Assembly (NCBI GenBank): GCA_965208675.1
Contig: OZ242351.1
Coordinates: 1,856,001 to 1,920,000 of the forward strand
DNA: 64,000 bases
Direction of reading: 5' to 3'
Origin: Candidatus Poribacteria bacterium
GTDB taxonomy: Bacteria > Poribacteria > WGA-4E > PCPOR2b
Under the pieces are notes generated by a model. That model did no database searches, was not told the DNA's origin, and saw nothing but the letters and a program-made list of their open reading frames with translations. Each line of letters opens with the position of its first letter. The first letter of the stretch is position 1. Positions 1-9,973 of the stretch are shown one piece after another. The translations under genes were made by a program, and so were the position numbers.

Positions 1-537
1 ACTCAAGCGGTATTGATCCAGACCATCGTTGTAGGTGATTCGATCCGACACTTCGAGCTCCCCGCCGACAAGGTAATCCCCCATCGCATTGATTCTCTCG
101 ATACTCGGGTGAGCTGGGTGGGTTAAACCGAATGTCCGTGCTGCCCGCTCCTCTTTTGCGTGCCGGTAAAATTCTGGATCGCGTAAGATTGCAACGGCAT
201 GTCCTTCGGTGTTAACGAGCGCCACTGCTTTCTCATTTTTCAAACGGTTATAATTGTCGGTAGAAACGTCGAACGTAATCGGAATGGACATATTCACACG
301 CGTACCGTCGTGCTGGCGTAGGCAGTTAAAATGAAGCGTCTGCAAAAATTCATCTTCCCGCATAAACCCGCGAAGCGGGCTCGCCCATCCTTCGCTGAGG
401 ACATGTATCCACTGGACATCATAATCGGTAACCGGAAGTTTTGGAAGGTCTGTTGCTTCGGCACGTTTTTTTACCCGTTGATTGTCGGGTACGATTAAGT
501 CTACTAGAGCACCGCCGTCTGGTGCAATTAAGGACAT
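1..537 (-). CDS. sat: Sulfate adenylyltransferase (ATP sulfurylase), 5' part; runs off the left edge of the window
   Basis: Not in the ORF track. Manual translation from ATG at 537 (GAGGAG RBS upstream) gives 179 open codons: [16 protein letters not shown]...[30 protein letters not shown]...[10 protein letters not shown]...[22 protein letters not shown], the N-terminal domain of ATP sulfurylase. Confidence 0.93.
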   Translation of the reverse strand, partial: [179 protein letters not shown]

Positions 538-638
538 ATTTTCTCCTCATAATGAGTAAATTTTGGCATGGTAATCAGGTACAATTTGGGACGATTATAT
601 CACAATTGCGAGATTGAAGTCGAGGCTATTAAATTGTG

Positions 639-667
639 TTGACATAAATCGCAGATCCGCATAAAAT
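639..667 (+). promoter_or_regulatory. Sigma70-type promoter for the 733-4283 gene run
   Basis: TTGACA (639-644), 17 nt spacer, TAAAAT (662-667); followed by GGAGG RBS and ATG at 733. Confidence 0.7.
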
Positions 668-732
668 TAGAGATCGTAAATCGTTCCGGCATCTATAGGA
701 GACACCGGTGTAATCGGAGGAGAAAAATTCAC

Positions 733-1608
733 ATGAAGGGACTAAGTTGTAATTCAGGGCTTTTGTGCAAATACAGCACAGAAGAGGCGATTAACATACT
801 CGCAGAACACGGCTATCAAGGTATCGACATAAGTCTTGAAATTGCGCCGCCGTTTTTGCCTATGCCGCCGCCCCACATGAGTCCGGATGACAATGCGAGC
901 ACAAGAAGGCGGGTGCGCCAAGCTGCGGAACAAGCCGGAATCACAATCGTTGCGTTGAACGCCCACAATAACCTGATTCATTCTGTGCCCGAGACTAGAC
1001 AGGCGAATTTAGAGTTCGTTAAGGGCGCGCTGCAACTCGCGTCTGACCTTGAAGTCCAATGTGTGGTTGCCGGCTCCGGAATGAAAGAATTCTACGGATG
1101 GGAAAGCCGATACTGGGAATGGATGGTAGTTGCCTTGCGGGAATTAGTTTCGGAAGCAGACCGTTTGGGAATTTCGCTGGCTGTTGAAGCGGGCGGACTG
1201 CCCGGTATCCTCGTGCACAACTTGATTCGTATGCAACGCCTGCTTGAATACGAGGGCTTAGAGTCGTTGGGCGTGCTGTTCGATCCGAGCCACTACTATA
1301 TCAGAGGAGACGACGTACCCGAAGCCTTCAAGGCGCTGAGCCGCCGCGTAGCACACGTACACGCCAAGGATGCCAAAGGATATGTCGAAGACTACGCATT
1401 CCCGCCGCTCGGGGTGGGCGACATTGATTTCGAGGCATTGGTCTCGGCGATAGTGGAGTGTAACTACACAGGTTACATTTCGATTGAGTATGAGGCGTTT
1501 GCATGGGGCTATGAAATGGAGCCTACACAAGTACTTTCCGAGGGCAAGACTCTATTAGACGGCATTATTTCCGCGGCTGCGAGACAACCGAATCAGCAAT
1601 CACGCTAG
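733..1608 (+). CDS. Sugar phosphate isomerase/epimerase (xylose isomerase-like TIM barrel, AP endonuclease 2 family)
   Basis: Metal-binding motifs LAVE, FDPSH, HVHAKD, G-GDIDF and ISIEYE. Confidence 0.85.
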   Translation: MKGLSCNSGLLCKYSTEEAINILAEHGYQGIDISLEIAPPFLPMPPPHMSPDDNASTRRRVRQAAEQAGITIVALNAHNNLIHSVPETRQANLEFVKGALQLASDLEVQCVVAGSGMKEFYGWESRYWEWMVVALRELVSEADRLGISLAVEAGGLPGILVHNLIRMQRLLEYEGLESLGVLFDPSHYYIRGDDVPEAFKALSRRVAHVHAKDAKGYVEDYAFPPLGVGDIDFEALVSAIVECNYTGYISIEYEAFAWGYEMEPTQVLSEGKTLLDGIISAAARQPNQQSR

Positions 1609-1673
1609 AATTTCAGAGAAACTAACCCGCTAACCCGTCATGAATTCAAGATGAAGACTAGGGGGAATTTATC

Positions 1674-2717
1674 ATGCTAGCCGCCGTTCTGAGAGAATTA
1701 AGCAAGCCCTTGCGCATCGAGGAGGTGGAAACGCCGTCGCCCGATCCGGACGAGGTTTTGGTGCAAGTTATGGCATGCGGCACGGATGCTACCGATCTAA
1801 AGATGATTGATGGATTCGGTTACGCACCCGATTTGCCGTTCATCACGGGCCATGAAATTGCCGGCGTCGTCTCTGAATTTGGCAACCAAGTAACCGATTT
1901 CAAACCCGGTGACCGGGTCGTCGCCCACAATTTCTTTACATGCGGCAAGTGCTTGCTCTGCCGCACAAACCGTGAGCAGTTGTGTATCGACATGTCCGGT
2001 GTCATGGGTGCTAGGATAAAACACGGCGGCCACGCAGAATACGTCCTTGTCCCCGCTCGGCAGCTTGTTTCCGTCCCGGACGGTGTGCCTTGGCCTGATG
2101 CTGCCGTGTGCTGCGACGCCGGCATCACGGCATTTCACGCCGTGGATAGAGCGGAGGTAAGCCTAGGCGAAACTGTGGTCGTTATCGGAGTCGGCGGCGT
2201 GGGGTCTGTCGTTACCCAACTGGCAAGGGCGGCTGGCGCATATGTCATCGCCGTTGACCGATTGGCGGTAAAGGTGGCACGCGGCCTCGAAATGGGAGCT
2301 GATGTCGCGCTCAATGCCAGCGAGACGGATGTCGAAACAGAAGTCCGCGAACTCACGGATGGGCTCGGTGCGGACTGCGTGATTGATGTCGTCGGCAACA
2401 GAGAGACACTGACGTATGGGGTCAACACGTTGCGCCACGGCGGGCGATTGCTGGTTATAGGCTATACGCCGGAACTATACGAACTCAGTGGCAGACAACT
2501 TGCCCAGAACGAGTTGATGCTTATCGGTTCACGGTGCGGTCGGCTTCAGGATTTGGCGAGTGCTGTTCGGTTGGTTGCGGAAGGAAAAATAAAATCCATC
2601 GTCACCGATTTGTATCCATTGGAAAAAATCAATGATGCGTTGGATGACTTACGCGCGAGCAAAGTGTTGGGGCGGGCTGTCTTACTCACACCCGCTGGTA
2701 GGAAGGCAATGGAATAG
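1674..2717 (+). CDS. Zn-dependent alcohol dehydrogenase (MDR family)
   Basis: GHEIAG motif, structural Zn cluster CGKCLLC...C, Rossmann GVGGVG. Confidence 0.9.
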   Translation: MLAAVLRELSKPLRIEEVETPSPDPDEVLVQVMACGTDATDLKMIDGFGYAPDLPFITGHEIAGVVSEFGNQVTDFKPGDRVVAHNFFTCGKCLLCRTNREQLCIDMSGVMGARIKHGGHAEYVLVPARQLVSVPDGVPWPDAAVCCDAGITAFHAVDRAEVSLGETVVVIGVGGVGSVVTQLARAAGAYVIAVDRLAVKVARGLEMGADVALNASETDVETEVRELTDGLGADCVIDVVGNRETLTYGVNTLRHGGRLLVIGYTPELYELSGRQLAQNELMLIGSRCGRLQDLASAVRLVAEGKIKSIVTDLYPLEKINDALDDLRASKVLGRAVLLTPAGRKAME

Positions 2718-2782
2718 GTGTAAACGATGCGGGAGACTCATGTTTGCTTCGTCGAACTTAAACCTTCGCTGAGGTGATTGTG

Positions 2783-3619
2783 ATGGATGGAACACGCATT
2801 GATGACCGCGACTGGTCTGCTTTGACATTGGGCGAACAGATTCGACAGATAGAAGTCGAAGGATATCTACAGTTGCCAAACCTGTTGACTTCCAAACAAA
2901 TTGCTCGGCTCAAGGCAGAAACGGCAAAGTTGGAAACCAGCGCAGTGGATTACAGCGTGCACCAGCGGGGGCGCTCAAACGTTCAGTTTCTCGGCGGAGC
3001 GATAACCGAACTCGCCGCCCATCCGGCAACCCTATCCTTTTTGCGGAGGCTACTCGGTGATGAAGTAATTCTCATGAGCTATGGTTACGCCCGTTCGGAA
3101 CCCGGGCATCCGGGCATCAGCCTCCACACAGACGGACAACCCTATGGATCCCAGATTTTTGGATATGAGGGGAGTGTCCCTGTCATGGTGCGGGTGTTGT
3201 ATTACCTCGACAATCTTACGCCTGAAATTTCCCCGTTCCGCGTTGTTCCCCGCTCCCATCTATGTATGCATGCCGACGCAAACCCCTACAAACGCTATGA
3301 ATCCCATCCCGAAGAGGTCATGGTGCCAGCTAAAGCGGGTTCTGCGGTATTGATTAACCACCGAGTTTTCCACGGCAATTACCCCAACACCGGCGACCTT
3401 CCGCGGGAGATGTTGGCCATTGCCTATCGGCCTGCTTGGGCAAGCCCAATTAAGGATGTACCACCTTGGGATGAAGCCGGTTTAACCAAACTGCCCGATT
3501 CGCTACGCCCTCTTTACGCCGACCGGAATACCCGTCATTGGGACTTTCATGGAGGCAATAAACCCACAAATATGGCGTCCGAAGCGCCCGGGATGAACCC
3601 GAGCCGATGGATCGACTGA
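2783..3619 (+). CDS. Phytanoyl-CoA dioxygenase (PhyH) family Fe(II)/2-oxoglutarate dioxygenase
   Basis: EGYL near the N-terminus, HTD, VVPRSH, GSAVL...H, distal Arg. ATG 2783 follows GAGGTG (track starts at 2774). Confidence 0.85.
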   Translation: MDGTRIDDRDWSALTLGEQIRQIEVEGYLQLPNLLTSKQIARLKAETAKLETSAVDYSVHQRGRSNVQFLGGAITELAAHPATLSFLRRLLGDEVILMSYGYARSEPGHPGISLHTDGQPYGSQIFGYEGSVPVMVRVLYYLDNLTPEISPFRVVPRSHLCMHADANPYKRYESHPEEVMVPAKAGSAVLINHRVFHGNYPNTGDLPREMLAIAYRPAWASPIKDVPPWDEAGLTKLPDSLRPLYADRNTRHWDFHGGNKPTNMASEAPGMNPSRWID

Positions 3620-3653
3620 TGGTTTGGTTAATTCCGCCGCACTTTATATCACG

Positions 3654-4283
3654 ATGAACAACACTTGCGCAAATTCATCGCGCGCATCGACCGCAAAGCG
3701 ATCTTTTGACATTATGTTTTCGGTATTGGGCCTTCTCGCCGCATTTCCCCTTTTTCTAATGATTGCGTTTGCTATCAAGCTCGATTCAAAGGGCCCAGTG
3801 TTCTTTAAACACCAGCGAATCGGATTGAATGGCATTCCTTTCCTGATGTACAAGTTTCGCACAATGGTGGCGAGCGCCGCAAACATTGGACCCGGCATCA
3901 CCTATCACGAGGACACCCGAATCACCGCGCTCGGACAACTCTTGCGTAAAACGAAGCTAGACGAGTTGCCTCAAATGATAAATGTCTGGAGAGGGGAAAT
4001 GAGTTTTGTCGGGCCTCGCCCTGAAGTGCCCAACTATGTTAAACACTATTCCTCAGAGCAAGAACAGGTACTGGCGGCAAAACCTGGTATCACTGGTCCT
4101 TCGCAGATTGAGTGGCGGGACGAAGCTTCATATATCCGAGATGTGGAAAATATTGACGAAGTATATATTCAACAGATTATGCCCAAAAAACTTGTTCTCG
4201 ACCTTGAATACGTCAAATCGCCGATATCGCTCATGAAGGATGTACAATATATTCTCACAACCGTCAGAACGCTTCTAAGTTAG
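3654..4283 (+). CDS. Bacterial sugar transferase (polyprenyl-phosphate phosphoglycosyl transferase)
   Basis: KR-FD, KFRTM, D-RIT--G--LRKTKLDELPQ, GEMSFVGPRP, KPGITG. Start uncertain (3624 or 3654). Confidence 0.92.
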   Translation: MNNTCANSSRASTAKRSFDIMFSVLGLLAAFPLFLMIAFAIKLDSKGPVFFKHQRIGLNGIPFLMYKFRTMVASAANIGPGITYHEDTRITALGQLLRKTKLDELPQMINVWRGEMSFVGPRPEVPNYVKHYSSEQEQVLAAKPGITGPSQIEWRDEASYIRDVENIDEVYIQQIMPKKLVLDLEYVKSPISLMKDVQYILTTVRTLLS

Positions 4284-4423
4284 ATGTCTCTCGGACACCA
4301 AATCTGCCATGCCTGAATTCGGCGGATACGTGTGACGGCGTTGACGCTGAATCGCCGTGAGCCGTGCTCTTCCAAACCGTTTTGCTGCCCGCAATTCAAG
4401 CCGTGCACGTACGGTTAAATTGG

Positions 4424-5140
4424 CTAAATCTCTCTGCCTTCCCAGTCTCGTTGGACTGCCCGAAGATCTTCTGTTCTATCAATCCACCAAAATTTTTCAT
4501 TTTCGTCCATCCGGTAACCGTATAGATTCTGGCCTGATTTTAATAGTTTGGGAAAGAGATGACGCCCAAAATCATAGTTTTGGTTTTCCGGGATGTGTTT
4601 TAAGATGTCGGGCTCTAACACGTACACGCCGGCGTTAACCCAATGGCTAAAGACCTGGTCAGGGGACGGTTTTTCCAAAAACCGCAGGATTCGGCAATCC
4701 TCATCATAGTCAACAATTCCGACTTGAGAAACCTCCTCGCGCCAATGCAGCGCTATTGTGGCAATCCCCCCTTTTGCGTTGTGAAAGTCAACAAGTTGCG
4801 GCAAGTTGAGATGGCAGAGATTGTCGCCGTACCAGAGGATGAAAGTTTCGTCAAAAAAATCGGGGATTACCTTCAACGCGCCCGCCGTGCCCAGAAGCGA
4901 TTCTTCATAAGAGTAACGGATGTTTACACCCCACTTCGCGCCGTCTCCAAAATAGTCCATAATGACATCCGGACAGTAGTGGAGATTAATTGCGATATCC
5001 TTGATTCCGTATGCCATTAGGTTTTCAACGTTATGCTCCAAGATGGGTTTCCCACCAATTCGCACCATCGGTTTAGGTATTCTGTCAGTGTAGGGTCTAA
5101 GCCGAGTACCCTGACCCGCGGCTAACAGCATCGCCCTCAT
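4424..5140 (-). CDS. Sugar-phosphate nucleotidyltransferase (mannose-1-P / heptose-1-P guanylyltransferase-like)
   Basis: LAAGQGTRLRPYT--IPKP, E--LGTAGA, EKP, NAGVY. Confidence 0.88.
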   Translation of the reverse strand: MRAMLLAAGQGTRLRPYTDRIPKPMVRIGGKPILEHNVENLMAYGIKDIAINLHYCPDVIMDYFGDGAKWGVNIRYSYEESLLGTAGALKVIPDFFDETFILWYGDNLCHLNLPQLVDFHNAKGGIATIALHWREEVSQVGIVDYDEDCRILRFLEKPSPDQVFSHWVNAGVYVLEPDILKHIPENQNYDFGRHLFPKLLKSGQNLYGYRMDENEKFWWIDRTEDLRAVQRDWEGREI

Positions 5141-5254
5141 TCAATACCCTCAATCTTGTATGTCAATAGAGTTGGTCATCTCGCCGGTTCACACCCATTC
5201 AACCATCGCGGTTTTCGTCCGCATAAACGTACTTCGGTACATCGTCTCCGCTTT

Positions 5255-5983
5255 TCACTCTTGTATTTTGTTTTGGCATTGATTGAGCATCTGGTTTGCG
5301 ATAAACAAGGATTCAAAAGTGCCTGCGTCAGTCCAATCGCCTTCAAGAATATCGTACTTGAGTTCAGACCGCTTTATATATTCGTTGTTCACATCGGTGA
5401 TTTCGAGTTCACCCCTTTTCGAGGGACGCTGGTTTTCAATATAGTTAAATACTTGCTCATCGTACATATAGTATCCGATGACGGCGAAATTGGTTTTGGG
5501 TTTGCCGGGTTTTTCTTCGATTTCAACTATTTTTTCTTCATCTAGCGCGGCGATCCCGTATCGTGTCGGTTCACCAACCTCTTTTAACAAGACTCTCGCT
5601 CCACTTTTCTGCCTACTGAAATTCTCTATGTAAGGTCTTATCGATTTAACAGCGATATTGTCGCCAAGCACAACCACGATTCTTTCACCCTTGGCAAAAT
5701 TCTCCGCGAGCAGAAGGGCGTGGGCAATCCCTCCAGATTTCTCCTGCACCTTGTAACTGAAATCGACGCCAAATTCGTTGCCGCCTCCGAGCAGATTGAC
5801 AACGTCTCCCATGTGTTCGGTACTGGTTACAACCAAGATTTCTGTGATGCCTGCCGAAACAAGTTGCTTAATCGGATTAAGAATCATCGGCTCCCTACCC
5901 ACAGGAAGGAGATGCTTGTTTGTAACCTTTGTTAAAGGATAAAGACGAACGCCCTTACCGCCCGCCAAAATGACACCTTTCAT
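5255..5983 (-). CDS. Glucose-1-phosphate thymidylyltransferase-like protein (short RmlA/SpsI type)
   Basis: GVILAGG-G-RLYPLT---NKHLLPV, LGDN, EEKP, S-RGELEITDVNN, W-DAGT. Confidence 0.88.
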   Translation of the reverse strand: MKGVILAGGKGVRLYPLTKVTNKHLLPVGREPMILNPIKQLVSAGITEILVVTSTEHMGDVVNLLGGGNEFGVDFSYKVQEKSGGIAHALLLAENFAKGERIVVVLGDNIAVKSIRPYIENFSRQKSGARVLLKEVGEPTRYGIAALDEEKIVEIEEKPGKPKTNFAVIGYYMYDEQVFNYIENQRPSKRGELEITDVNNEYIKRSELKYDILEGDWTDAGTFESLFIANQMLNQCQNKIQE

Positions 5984-6056
5984 TTCAAATACGTCCTATC
6001 GTACCCATTCATTGTGAACCTTGGGCGCGCTGCCATTTGTAAAGCCATTTGTATTC

Positions 6057-6079
6057 GTAGGGGCGAGGTTTCCTCGCCC
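6057..6079. repeat. GTAG-family REP-like palindrome
   Basis: GTAG followed by the hairpin GGGCGAGG-ttt-CCTCGCCC in an intergenic gap. Confidence 0.6.
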
Positions 6080-6234
6080 ATTGACCAAGCTAGTTGGAAA
6101 ATTCCAACCTTGTAGGTTGAACGATTACATATGTTGGTTCAAATTCATATCTCGACGCTGAAACGCTAACTCTGGAAAAATTGCCCCCCCAGAAGCAAAT
6201 ATCAACAGAACCTATTGCTCGGAACATAAAATAA

Positions 6235-6807
6235 TCACCCAGTTTCATCCATTGCAAGATTAGCATCAATGAAATTGCACATGATGTGGCCGATGACAAG
6301 GTGCGCTTCCTGAATGTGCGCGGTAGTGTTGGAAGGTACAGAGATACATAAATCCACTATGCCTTTCAAAATTCCCCCGCCACTTCCCGTCAACCCAACG
6401 GTGAATATGCCTACTTCTCTAGCTTTTCGCATCGCATGAAGGACATTCGCACTGCGGCCCGAAGTCGATAGCCCAATTAGGAGATCGCCCGGCCGCCCCA
6501 AGGCTTCAACCTGACGTTCGTACACCCGTTCATAACCGTAGTCGTTTGAAATCGCGGTTAGCGCGGATGTATCCACAGTTAAAGCGATTGCAGGATACCC
6601 GCTTCGTTCTTTAACGAAGCGGCCGACAATCTCGGCTGCCAAATGTTGGCATTCGGCGGCACTGCCGCCGTTGCCGCAAAAGAAGATGGTGCGGCTGGCC
6701 TTCAACGTTTCAACCGCCTTTTCGCCCAATTGCTGAATGGGAACTGAATACTCGCTATTCAGCCGCTGTATCACACCAATATGTTCTTGGAGAATTTCAT
6801 CTATCAT
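6235..6807 (-). CDS. gmhA: Phosphoheptose (sedoheptulose-7-phosphate) isomerase
   Basis: CGNGGSAA--QH-AAE, TAISNDYG, STSG-S-N, IQEAH. Confidence 0.95.
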   Translation of the reverse strand: MIDEILQEHIGVIQRLNSEYSVPIQQLGEKAVETLKASRTIFFCGNGGSAAECQHLAAEIVGRFVKERSGYPAIALTVDTSALTAISNDYGYERVYERQVEALGRPGDLLIGLSTSGRSANVLHAMRKAREVGIFTVGLTGSGGGILKGIVDLCISVPSNTTAHIQEAHLVIGHIMCNFIDANLAMDETG

Positions 6808-6876
6808 GCAATGTTCTATAGACGGTATTGTTCAAGAGGATGATTTACCTACGTTGCTGCATTCACCGGAGAATCG

Positions 6877-6908
6877 TCCCCTTTGCCAAGGAGGAACTAG
6901 AGGGGGTC
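6877..6908. repeat. Dispersed CCCCTT..AAGGGG palindromic repeat, same family as the copies at 61321-61575
   Basis: Reverse complement gaccccctctagttcctccttggcaaagggga closely matches 61544-61575 gaccccctctaactcccccttggcaaggggga. Confidence 0.65.
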
Positions 6909-7049
6909 GGGTAAATTGCACTCCTGCCAAATCCAACAGCTCGTCTGAATTAAATTATCGAAGCCACCTGAGACATAGCCGCCGATTTCAATCACGTTTT
7001 TACCGCATACACCGTTTTATTTAAACTATTCAAAATATCAAAGCCGACG

Positions 7050-7787
7050 TTAATTCCTGGTACTGGGCATGGAATCGAAGCCAAGCAGCCGTTTTAATCT
7101 CGGTGCGGCGCGATTCAGCACCGTGTCGGATGCAAGTTTTGCGTGGTCCTGCTGCGGTTTCATGAACACTCGACAGAAAAAACCGAGCAGTGCAACCCGA
7201 TCGCGATCTGTGCAATTCGCGGAGGATCCGTGCCAAGCAGAACCATTGACAATCAAAACCGAACCTTTCGGGCCGGGTATTTGTACTTCATCGTCATACT
7301 CGACGCCGGGCTCCGGCATCGCTTCAAGCCGGCGGTGGCTGCCGGGGACGCAACTGGTCGCGCCGTTCTCAAGTGTAAAATCGTCGAGAAACCAGACGCT
7401 GTTGGCAACGATGGGGAAGCTCGGACGAGGCGTAGGCATAGCACTCAATGGGTAGTCGATATGGAGACCGCCATCCGGAGCTCCGGGACCGATAACGTTG
7501 ACCGAAAAAGAACTAAGTGTACAGTCTTCACCGATTAGATACTCGATTGGCGCGAGAATGCGCGGATGCTGAATCGCCTTTTCAAACAATTCTCCTTTGT
7601 TGACCAAGTTCCAGACCCGCTGGGCGCAGTCTTCAAAATACATAAAGCCGCATCCAGCTTCTCGCTCCTTTGCAGCAAGAGAAATTGACAGACTTCGTAA
7701 TTGATCAGCCTCGTCATTCGTGATGACATTCTTCAGAAGGACATAGCCGTGTTCATCAAGTTGCGATTTCTCAGAATCTGCCAGCAT
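7050..7787 (-). CDS. PhyH family Fe(II)/2-oxoglutarate dioxygenase
   Basis: HGYV, HID, DFT-ENGAT--VPGSH, WHG, distal Arg. Confidence 0.9.
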   Translation of the reverse strand: MLADSEKSQLDEHGYVLLKNVITNDEADQLRSLSISLAAKEREAGCGFMYFEDCAQRVWNLVNKGELFEKAIQHPRILAPIEYLIGEDCTLSSFSVNVIGPGAPDGGLHIDYPLSAMPTPRPSFPIVANSVWFLDDFTLENGATSCVPGSHRRLEAMPEPGVEYDDEVQIPGPKGSVLIVNGSAWHGSSANCTDRDRVALLGFFCRVFMKPQQDHAKLASDTVLNRAAPRLKRLLGFDSMPSTRN

Positions 7788-7898
7788 TCAATCTCGCTCC
7801 AATAATTTAGATTTTTACCACTGCGTGGTTTCAAACGCCCATGCAATTTGCATATTGACTTTCTTGAGGTTCGATTTCCTGTTATGCTAAATTTCCTT

Positions 7899-8705
7899 TC
7901 AGGGACTGTTATCGGTATTGACCGGACCTTCATCATTGTTGACAAACCGATCCATCGTGTTTTGCGTAAATGGGGAGGTTCGGAAGTCGGCGATCCACGG
8001 TTCACGAAAGTAAGCCTGTTTCTCCCTTGGCAGCCCCACTAACACTTCGCGCGGGACGGTGAGGCGGTGCCAATTTGTTGCAAGGTGGGAATAAGCGTTG
8101 AACACAGCGATACGCGGCGTATCCCGCTGCCAAGGGGGACCAGCGTGACATAGGCTTTCGGTGAAAATAACCGCGCTGCCGGCTGGACACTCGAAACTCC
8201 TCAAAAACTCGCTGCGCTGCCCCGGCTCCAACGACATATGATCCGGATGCATCGGGAAATTTGCCTTATGGCTGCCAATGATGAAATGCGTGGCTCCATC
8301 TTCTTTGCCGATATCCGTCAGTTCGAAAACCACCCGCACCATCCCGGCGTGAATACGCCCATCCTTGACACGATACCCAAAAATAGGATCGGCTTGTATC
8401 GGTCCTCCGCCGTGAAGCGGTCCGGGCGACTCGCCTTTATTGCGCCAGATACAGAAGCTGCTTTCAATCCGAACATCAGGTCCGATGACCTCGTGAATCA
8501 CGTCAATGACTTTCGGATGGTCAATCAGCAGGCTGGAGGGGCCTCCCGGTACGGCTCGATGTGCGGGAGGCAGCGATTCAGGGTCATGTTTGATACGGTC
8601 AATCTGGTCAACGATTGCGTCAATTTCATGCGGAGCCAGAATTGCCGGGCGTATTAAAAAACCGGCTAGGTCAAACCGAAAACGTTCTTCATCGGTCATC
8701 GCCAT
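7899..8705 (-). CDS. PhyH family dioxygenase with an atypical HxG metal motif
   Basis: FDLAGFL, LHGGG, GAT-FIIGSHK, GSAVIFTESLCH. Start ATG 8705 follows AGAGGA (track extends the ORF to 8822). Confidence 0.85.
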   Translation of the reverse strand: MAMTDEERFRFDLAGFLIRPAILAPHEIDAIVDQIDRIKHDPESLPPAHRAVPGGPSSLLIDHPKVIDVIHEVIGPDVRIESSFCIWRNKGESPGPLHGGGPIQADPIFGYRVKDGRIHAGMVRVVFELTDIGKEDGATHFIIGSHKANFPMHPDHMSLEPGQRSEFLRSFECPAGSAVIFTESLCHAGPPWQRDTPRIAVFNAYSHLATNWHRLTVPREVLVGLPREKQAYFREPWIADFRTSPFTQNTMDRFVNNDEGPVNTDNSP

Positions 8706-8852
8706 CGTTCTATCCTCTATTTTTTTAGGCTGTGAGATATGGTATCCGGACCAATTCGCATCGTGAATCTTTTTCTGCACTGCCCTCGTATTGCAGGACA
8801 TGAGTACGGCAACGCGATGCATGGGGCTCCCGCCTATTTTTCAAACAGGCTC

Positions 8853-9782
8853 TTATGCGCCGCTGTGCTTGTCCAGAATTTCAGCGATGCGTTCACAACC
8901 GAAGTGTTGTGCCCATTGCATCGGCGTTGCCTTAAATTTGGGATCGCGGATGGTTACATCAGCGCCGTGCTCTAGAAGAAAGTTTACGGTACCTAACCGC
9001 CGAGACTCTACATCTATCGGATCCGCGGTTGCGCCGAAATTGCCATTGGTTGCCAGCCGATGCAGGATAGTCCACTTACCTTCTCCTAAGTCTGGTACCA
9101 TAGCGTTCACGTCCACGCCCTGTTGAATGAGGTGTTCCGCAACCTCCAGCCGATTATTTAAACATGCGTACAAGAGCGCTTGACTCAGGATATTTTCGGG
9201 TGTACGCTCACACCTATAGACAGTGCCATTGCTCCGTTTCCACTCATGTCCGTATGGATCGGCAAGCACGCCTGCTCCCGGTTTCAGGCTGCCATCCGCT
9301 TTGAAGTAACTCTTGACCCTGTCCAAATCGCCGATACCGGCGGCAAATCGTAAGTCAATATTTGCACGCCATTCCACGAGTAACTCCGAAACCGTTGTGG
9401 ATCCGAAGAATAGCGTATATGCCATCGGTATACCGTCGTTGTCCGTGCCGTTGACTGACGCACCACTCTCAAGCAGCGCGCGCACAACGTGCGGCGCATT
9501 GTAGCTGACGGCGGCGGCGAGCGGATAACCATCAAAGAAGTCAACATCGGCACCGGCATTCAACAGTGCTTTGGTCATCGCATAATCGTTTGTTCCCGCT
9601 GGGATTTTCCCCTCAAAAACTGCCGCCGCGACGTGTACAAGTAATATCGGCTCATTTAACCAGTTCGGATCTGCAATCGGTGTATTCTGGCTGAGCACCG
9701 CTTTTACACGTTCGATATCATTGTCTTCAATTGCTTTGATTATCTCACGCACCAAAGGATTAAGATGTTGGTCGTTTTCCAC
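8853..9782 (-). CDS. Ankyrin repeat protein
   Basis: Repeated ankyrin motifs PL-AA...LL--GA-VN, ALLYAC...LIQQGVDVNA, LLEHGADV...TPMQWA. Confidence 0.88.
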   Translation of the reverse strand: MENDQHLNPLVREIIKAIEDNDIERVKAVLSQNTPIADPNWLNEPILLVHVAAAVFEGKIPAGTNDYAMTKALLNAGADVDFFDGYPLAAAVSYNAPHVVRALLESGASVNGTDNDGIPMAYTLFFGSTTVSELLVEWRANIDLRFAAGIGDLDRVKSYFKADGSLKPGAGVLADPYGHEWKRSNGTVYRCERTPENILSQALLYACLNNRLEVAEHLIQQGVDVNAMVPDLGEGKWTILHRLATNGNFGATADPIDVESRRLGTVNFLLEHGADVTIRDPKFKATPMQWAQHFGCERIAEILDKHSGA

Positions 9783-9973
9783 GATCCGCTCTCCGAGCAG
9801 CGTATGCAGGCTTCGCGTTGAATCCTTACGGCTTTTCGTGCTGTACCGTTACTAGATTCAGTAATTCACCAATCCCTAATTGTGAGCATCGGTTGATACA
9901 AAACAGCAAGATTCCCAGTCGCTCGGCAGTCCGTTCAAAAACTAAAACCTTGTGCAACCTGGCGAACGTCACT

